Origin: Candidatus Latescibacterota bacterium | GTDB lineage: Bacteria; Latescibacterota; UBA2968 | DNA: 64,000 bases | Direction of reading: 5' to 3' | Assembly (NCBI GenBank): GCA_965205975.1 | Contig: OZ242195.1 | Coordinates: forward strand, 704,001 to 768,000 | Shown: positions 50,514 through 59,178 of the stretch, in pieces | Layout: every line of letters starts with the position of its first letter | How positions within the stretch are numbered: the first letter of the stretch is position 1 | Notes under the pieces: generated by a model | The model's input: only the letters and a program-made list of their open reading frames with translations | The model's database searches: none | Told to the model about the DNA's origin: nothing | Position numbers and translations under genes: made by a program

Positions 50514-51446
50514 ATGCTCATGTCCGATTACACATTTAAACTTGCCATGTTTACGACCGAACTGAGACTGCCCTATGACCGGGCATTTCCCAAAGCGAAA
50601 GAGATCGGCGCGGATCGCATCTGGTACGCGCCTTCGGCGGGCGATCTTCCGTTCGAAGCCATGACCGACGCGGATATAGACCGCATCGGCGCATGTGCGG
50701 AGCAGCATCAAACGGATATTTTCCTGCTCTGCGGAGGCCGTAAGTTTAAAACCGTGCATCTCAGCGATCTGGATCTGGACGATATGGCCGAACACCCCGA
50801 ATTCCGGGAAGCCCGAGAGGAATTGAACGCCGCCATGAAGATGGCCGCCCGGCTCAAAATTCCGGCAGTGGCCACATTTACATTTGCCTGGCCGGGTGAA
50901 TATACCGCCGGTAAGCCGACCTGGCCCATGCGATGGATGACCCGCGGCGGCGTCATTTCTGATCTGGACATGGACAAACTGGTCCGGGCGTTTACGCTGC
51001 TGGCCGAAGACGCTGACCGCTACAATGTGGATCTGCCGCTGTGCATGATGCCGTGGAATTACACGAATACCACGGAACACATGCGGCAGGTGATCGAGGC
51101 GGTCGGTTCACCTCGCCTGAAAACGGTCTGGGGGCCGGCGGATACCATGAATTGCGGCGAATCGGACACCGCCACCCGCGGATTTCAGAATGTCCGTCCG
51201 TATCTTCATACGCTCCACATAAAAGATCTGCAAGTCATAGACGGTCTGAAATGCGAGTTTGAATACTGTCCCATCGGCGAAGGGGACGTGGATTTTCCGA
51301 CGGTACTGCGGAACCTGCGCGATCATCAGATCGACGCGGTGATATCCATCGCCACCCACTTCAAGCCGGAAAGCGGATCGGCGGAAGAAGCGATGCGTAT
51401 CAACTTTGCCAATATGAAGGCGTTGATCGGTGGGGTAGGGGACTGA
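50514..51446 (+). CDS. Sugar phosphate isomerase/epimerase (TIM barrel)
   Basis: LHIKD, PIGEGDVDF; divergent metal ligands. Confidence 0.75.
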   Translation: MLMSDYTFKLAMFTTELRLPYDRAFPKAKEIGADRIWYAPSAGDLPFEAMTDADIDRIGACAEQHQTDIFLLCGGRKFKTVHLSDLDLDDMAEHPEFREAREELNAAMKMAARLKIPAVATFTFAWPGEYTAGKPTWPMRWMTRGGVISDLDMDKLVRAFTLLAEDADRYNVDLPLCMMPWNYTNTTEHMRQVIEAVGSPRLKTVWGPADTMNCGESDTATRGFQNVRPYLHTLHIKDLQVIDGLKCEFEYCPIGEGDVDFPTVLRNLRDHQIDAVISIATHFKPESGSAEEAMRINFANMKALIGGVGD

Positions 51447-51453
51447 TTTTCGA

Positions 51454-52500
51454 TTATTGTGGTACTGCGTCGCTCATGAACGCTTCGTTTCTCACCAGGA
51501 CCTGGAGATCCAGATTTGTCATGGGGAAATCCACCCGGGCGTTGCCCAACCGCTCCGATTCGTGAAGAGAAAGCACCATTTCCAGCGCAGCCCGTCCATC
51601 TTCTCCAGTGGATATTGTGTCCTGATCGCGGTCGAGGCTTTCTGCAATCTCCTCTACTGACAACGGGATCACACATCGGCCTACGTTCGTTGTATTCAGC
51701 TTGTGTTCCTCTGGTATTTCGGGGAATTTTTCCTCTTTATTTTTGACGAAGAGCTTGAACTGCCGTGTATTGGCCACCGTTATCCGCCCCCTGGATCCCA
51801 ACAATTCAAATAGGTGCTGGGCGCTCGCTCCGGTAGATCCATTTACAATGCATTGTACGCCATTCTTAAAATGAAAGTATCCGACGCCACGGGGATCCAG
51901 CGCATCTGGATCCAATAGGTGACCGGTTGCCCACGCGACATCGCCTGCAAAGAAGCGCAGCATGTCAAAATAGTGGGTTCCGTTGTTGGCAAGCCCGGCG
52001 CTGTACTGGAGCGTCATCGCCTGAAGGGAGCCGATTACTTCCTGATTGATTAGCGCCTTGATTTGGCGAAATTGCCAATCCCATCGGCGCGTGTGGTTAA
52101 TGCTCAGCTTTACATTGTTTTTCCGGCAAGCATCAATCATTTCGTCTGCCTCTCGCAATGTAGTCGCCATCGCCTTTTCACAGAATATGGCTTTTACGCC
52201 TGACTGAGCCGCGGCAACGACGATATCCCGATGCGGAATGGGATAGGTGCAAACACTCACGATATCCAGCTTCTCAGTATCCAGCATTTCCCGCCAATCT
52301 GTGTACAGACCCGGAACATCCCATTTGCCTCCAAAACTCTGTCGGCGTTCATCGTCCCGATCTGCTGCTGCGACAATACGGGTTCGATCACAGTGATTGT
52401 AACAACCCGCATGAGTGTTCGGCGTTCCGCGATGTGTTTCTTGCTCCAGTAAACTCGCAATCCTGCCACAGCCGATAACACCAACGTTATAAACTTGCAT
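51454..52500 (-). CDS. Gfo/Idh/MocA oxidoreductase
   Basis: VIGCGRIA, CEKAMA, NGTH. Confidence 0.9.
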   Translation of the reverse strand: MQVYNVGVIGCGRIASLLEQETHRGTPNTHAGCYNHCDRTRIVAAADRDDERRQSFGGKWDVPGLYTDWREMLDTEKLDIVSVCTYPIPHRDIVVAAAQSGVKAIFCEKAMATTLREADEMIDACRKNNVKLSINHTRRWDWQFRQIKALINQEVIGSLQAMTLQYSAGLANNGTHYFDMLRFFAGDVAWATGHLLDPDALDPRGVGYFHFKNGVQCIVNGSTGASAQHLFELLGSRGRITVANTRQFKLFVKNKEEKFPEIPEEHKLNTTNVGRCVIPLSVEEIAESLDRDQDTISTGEDGRAALEMVLSLHESERLGNARVDFPMTNLDLQVLVRNEAFMSDAVPQ

Positions 52501-52565
52501 AGAAAAGCTCCGGGGAAAATCGTGAGAAGAGATCACTGTATATCGAAAAAAAACCTGATATTACA

Positions 52566-54113
52566 CTAATGTACTCCTAAGGCAAAGAGTTCTCGACGTG
52601 TTTTGGGGTAGTCTTGTTCGATAATTAAATCCAGCAGTCGGTCTCGTAAATGTATCCTGGTCTCCGCAAAGGCGGGATCGGCTACGAGATTATGTTGTTC
52701 ATCCGGATCTTTGAGTAAGTCAAAGAGTTGCTCACCATAACCATCGGGATAGTAGGTGTACCGATATTGATCCGTGCGCACTGTGCGTGCCCATTGACCG
52801 AAATGTATTGAGTTAATGTGATTGTAGCTTTCACAATAAGCAGCCGTTCGCCAATCTTCTGGCGCACCGGTAGCACACAGCGGCAACAGGGACCGGCCTG
52901 GTAGTATCGGAAATTCCCCGGCTTTAATTATGGGGTGATTTGCCTTTTGGGGCACATGTGGCATGTGTTGTCCAGTGGCATCCAGGATGGTCGGGCAAAT
53001 ATCTTCGTGTTGCACAATGGCATCACATGTTAGCCCAGTCGATAATCCGGGTCCTGAAATGATCAAAGGAACCCGAATACACGTATCATAGTGTTTTTCT
53101 TCCTTGGACTTGAAGCCATGATCAAAGCACATCTCGCCGTGATCTGAGAGGAATATGATGTACGTGTTGTCGAGACGGTTGGTGGTTTCGAGGGCTTCCA
53201 GAACACGGCCCAATTGTTCATCCAGGTGACACAGATCAGCAAAGTAACAATGCCGAGCATATTCCCAATCGCCCGTCATAGGCTTACGCCGTGACAGTTC
53301 TTTGGGGGCGTGCGGATCATCTACCCATTCTGCTGGTACTGGTTCTGGTATTTTGTCGATGTTGACACGAGATAAATACTCTGCCGGTACATGAAAAGGA
53401 CCGTGTGGTTGTACATAGCTGATTTGTGCAAAAAACGGCTGATCAGCATCCATATTGTGGATAAAGTTCAGCGCGTGCATCGTAATCCAGTTTGTCTGAC
53501 AGACCTCCTGGGGAAACGGTAAGGTTGAAGCGCCAAACGTATTGCGAGGGTGTTCGTCTGTGGCCCATTGAAAGTCTTTGCGAATATTCTCAATCCGGGT
53601 GCGCAGGTCCCGTTGACCTCGACCGTATGCAGCAAATTCTGGGATCTGAGTTGGCCAGATTGTGGCCAGCACCGCCTCGTAGTGTTCGGGGTGATTTTCT
53701 TCGACCCAGTCCAACCACTCGCCGCCTCTCGAATCCTCTGTGATGTGCGTCTCGTCGAACCCATAAGGCTTGTAATCTGGATAGAGGCCGCGATAATGGG
53801 GTTGAAAATGGACCTTGCCAAAGGCACCGGTGCGCCAGCCGCCTTTTTGAAGCATCTGCATAAAGGTCGGCAATTCGGGGTCTAACTGGTACCCATTTTC
53901 CAACACACCATGACCTCGTGTTGTTAAACCTGTCGCAAACGTCGCGCGTGATGCCATACATACAGGGTTGTTGGCGAAGGCTTGTGCAAAAGTTACACCG
54001 CGTGTTTTTAAACCACGGATATTTGGCAGATCACACACGCCTTCCTCAGACTTTTCTATCCATTTGGCCGATAGTTGGTCGACCATAAAGAGTACAACAT
54101 TGGGGTTATTCAT
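52566..54113 (-). CDS. Sulfatase
   Basis: PNVVLFMVDQL, CMASR, GKVH, PHGP, SDHGE. Confidence 0.92.
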   Translation of the reverse strand: MNNPNVVLFMVDQLSAKWIEKSEEGVCDLPNIRGLKTRGVTFAQAFANNPVCMASRATFATGLTTRGHGVLENGYQLDPELPTFMQMLQKGGWRTGAFGKVHFQPHYRGLYPDYKPYGFDETHITEDSRGGEWLDWVEENHPEHYEAVLATIWPTQIPEFAAYGRGQRDLRTRIENIRKDFQWATDEHPRNTFGASTLPFPQEVCQTNWITMHALNFIHNMDADQPFFAQISYVQPHGPFHVPAEYLSRVNIDKIPEPVPAEWVDDPHAPKELSRRKPMTGDWEYARHCYFADLCHLDEQLGRVLEALETTNRLDNTYIIFLSDHGEMCFDHGFKSKEEKHYDTCIRVPLIISGPGLSTGLTCDAIVQHEDICPTILDATGQHMPHVPQKANHPIIKAGEFPILPGRSLLPLCATGAPEDWRTAAYCESYNHINSIHFGQWARTVRTDQYRYTYYPDGYGEQLFDLLKDPDEQHNLVADPAFAETRIHLRDRLLDLIIEQDYPKTRRELFALGVH

Positions 54114-54162
54114 TGATTTTCTCCTGCGAAAATTCCATTTAACGCTGAACCATTACATATAT

Positions 54163-54258
54163 CTAAATCACCGGGCTTGGATCTCTCCGCGTAACACCCT
54201 CCTCGAAAGCCACCGCAGTTGCGTATGTAAAGCCATCGAAATGAGCAAATTTACTCAT
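54163..54258 (-). pseudogene. N-terminal remnant of a GH117-like glycoside hydrolase
   Basis: AAGGA RBS; MSKFAHFDGFTYATAVAFEEGVTRRDPSPVI* containing the RRDPS motif. Confidence 0.55.
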
Positions 54259-55117
54259 ACGTATTCCTTTTTATATTGTAATCGTAGGGCCGGTTTCTGA
54301 AGAGGTAGTCTATCGGTTCATCTACAAAAATTATGTTCGGGTCCAGGTCGCTTTCTGCAAAGGCGGTTTCACAGCCGGTATTGAACCGGAGAGGGGGAGG
54401 ACGACGCATCCAGTGGCATGAGTAGATCGCTGCGATCATGAACCGCGTTTGGTCGGAGAGATTTGGCATTCCCCGGTGCCAGAGCCGGGGATCGCGGATC
54501 AGGATGCTTCCCTTTTTTGTATTTCCCCGAATCGGCGGTGCCACTTTCCGGCGTGCTTCCTGCAGGTGTTCTGCGACCTTGATATCATCTCCAACCACCT
54601 TTTGTGTTTCCAGATGGGAGCCGGGCCAGAGTTCGATACTCCCGTTGACTTCGGTCACTTCGTCCAGGGCAATATTGACAATGACTTTGGACGGCGGGTG
54701 CGCGACATCCAGGTTCGGCCAGAGTTGTCCCGAATCGACATGTACCGGCTGGCGTTCGCTGCCCGGCAAGTTGGTGTTGCCGGTATAGCGATTGTTGAAG
54801 ATCCCTTCGCCGAGCAGGGATTTGGAGATCTGGACCACATAGGGGTTCGCCATAACGTCGCGAAAGACGTACGGGGGGAAGGGGGGCGGGTCTTGCTGGA
54901 CGTTTCCCCAGACGAAGTTATGGGGTGGCGCAGGGGCATTCAGGATCTTCTCTATGTCTTCGGTCATCCGCTCACAGAGAAGATCGAGGTGTTCGTGCGC
55001 GACCACTGCATTGAGGATGATGTAGCCTTCCGTTCGAATGGCATTGAGGGCCTGTTTCAGGTGCGCGTCGGTAAGCGATTCGGCTGCGCACTCTTCCGGT
55101 GTGACGGTGATTTCCAC
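54251..55117 (-). CDS. PhyH-family dioxygenase (KanJ-like)
   Basis: QPVHVD, NGSIELWPGSH, RDPRLWHRGMPN...R. Confidence 0.9.
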   Translation of the reverse strand: MEITVTPEECAAESLTDAHLKQALNAIRTEGYIILNAVVAHEHLDLLCERMTEDIEKILNAPAPPHNFVWGNVQQDPPPFPPYVFRDVMANPYVVQISKSLLGEGIFNNRYTGNTNLPGSERQPVHVDSGQLWPNLDVAHPPSKVIVNIALDEVTEVNGSIELWPGSHLETQKVVGDDIKVAEHLQEARRKVAPPIRGNTKKGSILIRDPRLWHRGMPNLSDQTRFMIAAIYSCHWMRRPPPLRFNTGCETAFAESDLDPNIIFVDEPIDYLFRNRPYDYNIKRNTYE

Positions 55118-55155
55118 GGCTACTCATCTCCATTTGAGAAATGCTGGACGCTTTC

Positions 55156-56001
55156 TCAAATTCGTGCGAATTTTTGCAGTCGGTTGGGTTGGCGGGGCAC
55201 TTCGGTGACGTAAATATCACCGCGACTATCAACACAGATGCCGTGCGCGGGATCGATAAACTGCCCGGGATCTGAGCCTTCCTCGCCCCATCTTGCCAGC
55301 AGAGCACCATCCAGGTCAAAAATGCTGACGCGCTGGGGCGATTCGGCAATATAGACAATATGATCTGCATCGATGTGAATGTTATTTGGAGATTGGATAT
55401 CTGTCCACTCCTCCAGAAAGTTCCCATCAAAATCGAAAAGCTGAATACGGTGGTTTTCCCGGTCACTTACAAGCACACGATCGCGTGGGTCAATGCACAA
55501 ATCGTGTGGCAGGGCAAACTGGCCGGGTCCCGTGCCTTCCTCGCCCCAGGAAAGAATCCGATCGCCGTTCGCTGAAAAACGATGTACCCGGTGCTGGCCG
55601 TATCCATCCGAAACAAAAATCTCACCTGAGGGCGTGGCCATTGCCTTGGTTGGCCTGTTGAACGGTTCGCCCGGTGAACCTGTCTGGCCTGGCATACCCA
55701 GGGTCTGAAGCACTTCTCCATCCGTGCTGAAGATACGCACCGTATGATCGTCAACATCCGCACAATAAATCCGATCCGCCGGATCAATCCAGATATTGTG
55801 CGGATTTGAGAGCACATCATCACCCCATGCACCGAGAAAGCGACCTTCCGAATCGTAAACCAGAATACCCGCAGGCTCTCGCAGGGTGACATAAACGCGA
55901 TCCTGCGAGTCAACTGCCACATCGGGTACGACCCCACCCATCTCTTTCCCTTCAGGGCCTCGCCCCCACCCTTCGACCACGCGGTATTGATAAGTTGCCA
56001 C
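55156..56001 (-). CDS. NHL-repeat beta-propeller (PAL-like family)
   Basis: FNRPT, VSDGYGQHRV, GQFALPH, DRENHRIQ repeats; AAGGAG RBS. Confidence 0.9.
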   Translation of the reverse strand: MATYQYRVVEGWGRGPEGKEMGGVVPDVAVDSQDRVYVTLREPAGILVYDSEGRFLGAWGDDVLSNPHNIWIDPADRIYCADVDDHTVRIFSTDGEVLQTLGMPGQTGSPGEPFNRPTKAMATPSGEIFVSDGYGQHRVHRFSANGDRILSWGEEGTGPGQFALPHDLCIDPRDRVLVSDRENHRIQLFDFDGNFLEEWTDIQSPNNIHIDADHIVYIAESPQRVSIFDLDGALLARWGEEGSDPGQFIDPAHGICVDSRGDIYVTEVPRQPNRLQKFARI

Positions 56002-56027
56002 TGTGTACTCCTTTCAGATATGCCCGA

Positions 56028-56855
56028 CTACCTGTCCAGTTTAACCCAATCGGGCCAAACGCTGGCAAAAAATGCCCGCTGGATGCCTCGTACGCTCTCT
56101 CCGCCGTCAACAACGAGATTGGAGCCTACACTGAAATTGCCGGCTTGCGAAGCGAGAAAGATGGCCATGCCTGCGACGTTTTCTTTCTCCCCAACCCGCT
56201 TGCCCGGAATGCTCTTCTTCATCGCGTCTGTGTGATCCCGGGCCACCTTATTCAAATCGCTGGGAAAATCACCAGGGGAGATGGTATTGACTTGAATCCC
56301 TTCCCAGGCCAAACTATCACCCAGGTGTCGGCCCAAATGGATCACACCTGCTTTGCTGGCTCCATAGGCATAATTGTAAGCTGTGTTGAGTTTACCACAG
56401 CCGTCGATAGACGCGATATTGATCACATTGCGTGGTGTTTCTGGCGAAGCCCCCACGCGCAGGAATGGCAGAAATGCCTGGGTCATAAAAAAGATGCTTT
56501 TTAGATTGAGATCCATCACCGCGTCCCATGTTTCCTCCGTCACATCCTCGATCTCCCTGCGACCATCGCTGATTCCAGCGTTGTTGACCAAAATATCGAG
56601 CGACTGTTCTCGTTCACCGTAAGCCTTTGCCAGCGCCTTGATTCCGGAGACTGAACTTACATCGGCTGCTATGTACTCGCAGGAGCCGATTTGTGCAAGT
56701 TCCGCCTGCTTCTTTTTTAGAACGTCTTCTCTGCGCGCGACAATGTAAACCTTCGCCCCAAAATTGACAAAGCCTTCGGCGATCATCGCTCCGATGCCGG
56801 TCGAACCACCAGTCACCAGTGCGGTTTTTCCCGCCAGTGAAAATAGATCTCTCAT
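56028..56855 (-). CDS. Short-chain dehydrogenase/reductase
   Basis: TGGSTGIG, NNAG, YGASK. Confidence 0.93.
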   Translation of the reverse strand: MRDLFSLAGKTALVTGGSTGIGAMIAEGFVNFGAKVYIVARREDVLKKKQAELAQIGSCEYIAADVSSVSGIKALAKAYGEREQSLDILVNNAGISDGRREIEDVTEETWDAVMDLNLKSIFFMTQAFLPFLRVGASPETPRNVINIASIDGCGKLNTAYNYAYGASKAGVIHLGRHLGDSLAWEGIQVNTISPGDFPSDLNKVARDHTDAMKKSIPGKRVGEKENVAGMAIFLASQAGNFSVGSNLVVDGGESVRGIQRAFFASVWPDWVKLDR

Positions 56856-56903
56856 TTTCGTTTCTCCGTGAGTTGGGCAATCTGTCGATGTTCGGCTGTC
56901 TGA

Positions 56904-57614
56904 TTACACATCCCATCGCCACGTATTGCGACAGGCAAGCCGTGGATACTCATTCACGTTCTTGCTTCCCGCGTGTACAAAAAAGTTTTGGTAAAACAGA
57001 ATGTCTCCACGCTTCGCCACCACTTCCACACCTTCGCCAATATCCACCTTATGCATATCCGAATTCACGTCCCACAGATAGGGATACTTCTCTGGATTGC
57101 TCTCTGCAAGACCCCGCATCTTTTTATGTGAACCCGGCCATCCAAACGTGCAACCTCCATGCGATTCTGTATCACTCAAATACAAAATTGAATGCACACT
57201 GATTGGAATCGGAAACGTCACATTAAACTTCTCCCGGTTGGTTCCGCCATCGAAGTGAGGTTTCTGGTGGCTCCATTCCCCTTCCGTCGGAAACGTGTTC
57301 TGCGTCAGAATATCCTTCGGTGCGTGGATCTCCTCACGTCCCACACCCGTCAATTCAGAAAGTACGGTCAAAATATCATCCGTATAACACGCTAAGATAT
57401 CCGGCGCGCCCAATCTACGATTTTCCGGCAATGCGCGATGCCGTTGACTAATCGCATGCGCTGACACGCGGTCCCAGGTTTCAGGATCGTCACGGTCCAT
57501 TCCCAGAGCCGCCCACATCGCGTCTTCACCCTTGCGAGCTACATCCTCAGAAATCAAACCCGACGCCAGCAAATACCCTTCTTCGCGAAACTGCTTCTTC
57601 TGCTCATCTGTCAT
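56904..57614 (-). CDS. PhyH-family dioxygenase
   Basis: FREEGY, PHFDG, WPGSH, VHAGSKN...R. Confidence 0.85.
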   Translation of the reverse strand: MTDEQKKQFREEGYLLASGLISEDVARKGEDAMWAALGMDRDDPETWDRVSAHAISQRHRALPENRRLGAPDILACYTDDILTVLSELTGVGREEIHAPKDILTQNTFPTEGEWSHQKPHFDGGTNREKFNVTFPIPISVHSILYLSDTESHGGCTFGWPGSHKKMRGLAESNPEKYPYLWDVNSDMHKVDIGEGVEVVAKRGDILFYQNFFVHAGSKNVNEYPRLACRNTWRWDV

Positions 57615-57623
57615 TATTTGCTC

Positions 57624-58970
57624 CTAATTCTGTTGTGCAGGTCTGTTTCTATTTCTCCGAGGTCTTCTAATCCTCGGTGCCATCTGGCTTCTCCATGCCT
57701 TGAATTTTTTTTGTAGTCGCTGAACAATTTCCGGTTGTTGGTTTGCCAGATCGTTTTTCTCACCTATATCTGCATCCAGATCGTACAATTCCAGCTTCTT
57801 AGACCTGCTAAATGTAAGCTTCCATTTCCCTTCTCGAATCGCCCAGGTTCCCGAATCGCCATCCCAATACAACGCATCGTGCAATGCCCCTTCTGTTTTA
57901 CCTTGCAAGACTGGCAACATATTTTTGCCATCGTAGATACGGTCTTCGGGCAATGGAATGCCAACAGCGGCACAGACAGTCGGCAAAATATCCATACAAA
58001 TAACCGGTTCATCACACACACCACCTGCTTCCAAATGCCCTGGCCAGGACACGAGAAACGGCACGCGTAGCCCTCCCTCATAGACATTTTGCTTGTAACC
58101 GCGCAGGGGCATATTGTTTGCATTTGTGGCTCTTGCACCACCATTATCTGAAAAATAAAAGATGAGTGTATTTTCCCACACGCCACTGGTCTTGAGTGCT
58201 GCCACCACATCGCCAACAGCGATATCCATTCTTTTGAGCATGCCCATCAAGATATCGCGTTTGGAGTCTCCTGTATTAAATTGTTTGATATCCTCTTCGG
58301 GAGCTTGCAATGGCGCATGCACGGCATTAAAAGGAAGATAAAGGAAGAATGGGTCGTTTTTGTTTCGTTCAATGAAGCCAACAGCCTCTCGCGCCAGATT
58401 ATCGGTCAAGTACCCGATATCATTGATAATCTCGTTATTTCGATAGATCGCATTATGGGCTCTGTCCTCTTTATAATTCAAATCAAAATAGTCGTGCCCT
58501 CCATGCCCTAAAAATCCGTAAAATTCATCAAATCCGCGGTTGTTTGGATGATATTCAGGCGTCAAACCCAAATGCCATTTTCCAAATACCCCCGTCCTGT
58601 ATCCCGCTTTTTTGAGTAGATCTGCAAGTGTAATTTCATCAACCGGCATACCGGCGCGTGAGTCACTGGCCGTATAAAAACCAAAGCGCTGTTGGTATCG
58701 ACCGGTCATCAAACCCGCTCTGGTGGGCGCACATACAAAGGCACTGGCATATCCATTTGTCATTCGAATGCCCGAGTTGGCCAGTGCGTCGATATGCGGT
58801 GTATGGACTTCTGGGGGATGTGCCTGGTAACTCACATCTCCAAAGCCCTGGTCGTCTGACAAAATCACCACAATGTTTGGACGTTTGGCATCTTCGGCCC
58901 ATATAAAAGGACTTGCTATCATTCCAGATACTCCTATTCCCAATGCTTTTAAAGCTGCGCGTCGATCCAT
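57624..58970 (-). CDS. Arylsulfatase with twin-arginine signal peptide
   Basis: MDRRAALKALG...; SDDQG, CAPTR, GKWHLG, AVHAP, SDNG. Confidence 0.93.
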   Translation of the reverse strand: MDRRAALKALGIGVSGMIASPFIWAEDAKRPNIVVILSDDQGFGDVSYQAHPPEVHTPHIDALANSGIRMTNGYASAFVCAPTRAGLMTGRYQQRFGFYTASDSRAGMPVDEITLADLLKKAGYRTGVFGKWHLGLTPEYHPNNRGFDEFYGFLGHGGHDYFDLNYKEDRAHNAIYRNNEIINDIGYLTDNLAREAVGFIERNKNDPFFLYLPFNAVHAPLQAPEEDIKQFNTGDSKRDILMGMLKRMDIAVGDVVAALKTSGVWENTLIFYFSDNGGARATNANNMPLRGYKQNVYEGGLRVPFLVSWPGHLEAGGVCDEPVICMDILPTVCAAVGIPLPEDRIYDGKNMLPVLQGKTEGALHDALYWDGDSGTWAIREGKWKLTFSRSKKLELYDLDADIGEKNDLANQQPEIVQRLQKKFKAWRSQMAPRIRRPRRNRNRPAQQN

Positions 58971-59178
58971 ATTGTAACGCTCCTTTTGATGGGTGTAGAA
59001 TGAGATGTCGATCCCACCGCGCATGCGAATTTCATCCCCAAATCGGGTAATAATCCTTCCTGATTTGATGGATACACGCCAGACTACGCTGCACAAAAGA
59101 ATATATCCCATTTGAAGTGGAACGCATAGTGGAAGATACACTGGCCGAGAGCCTCGAAGAAGTCCTCCTTATCCATAA

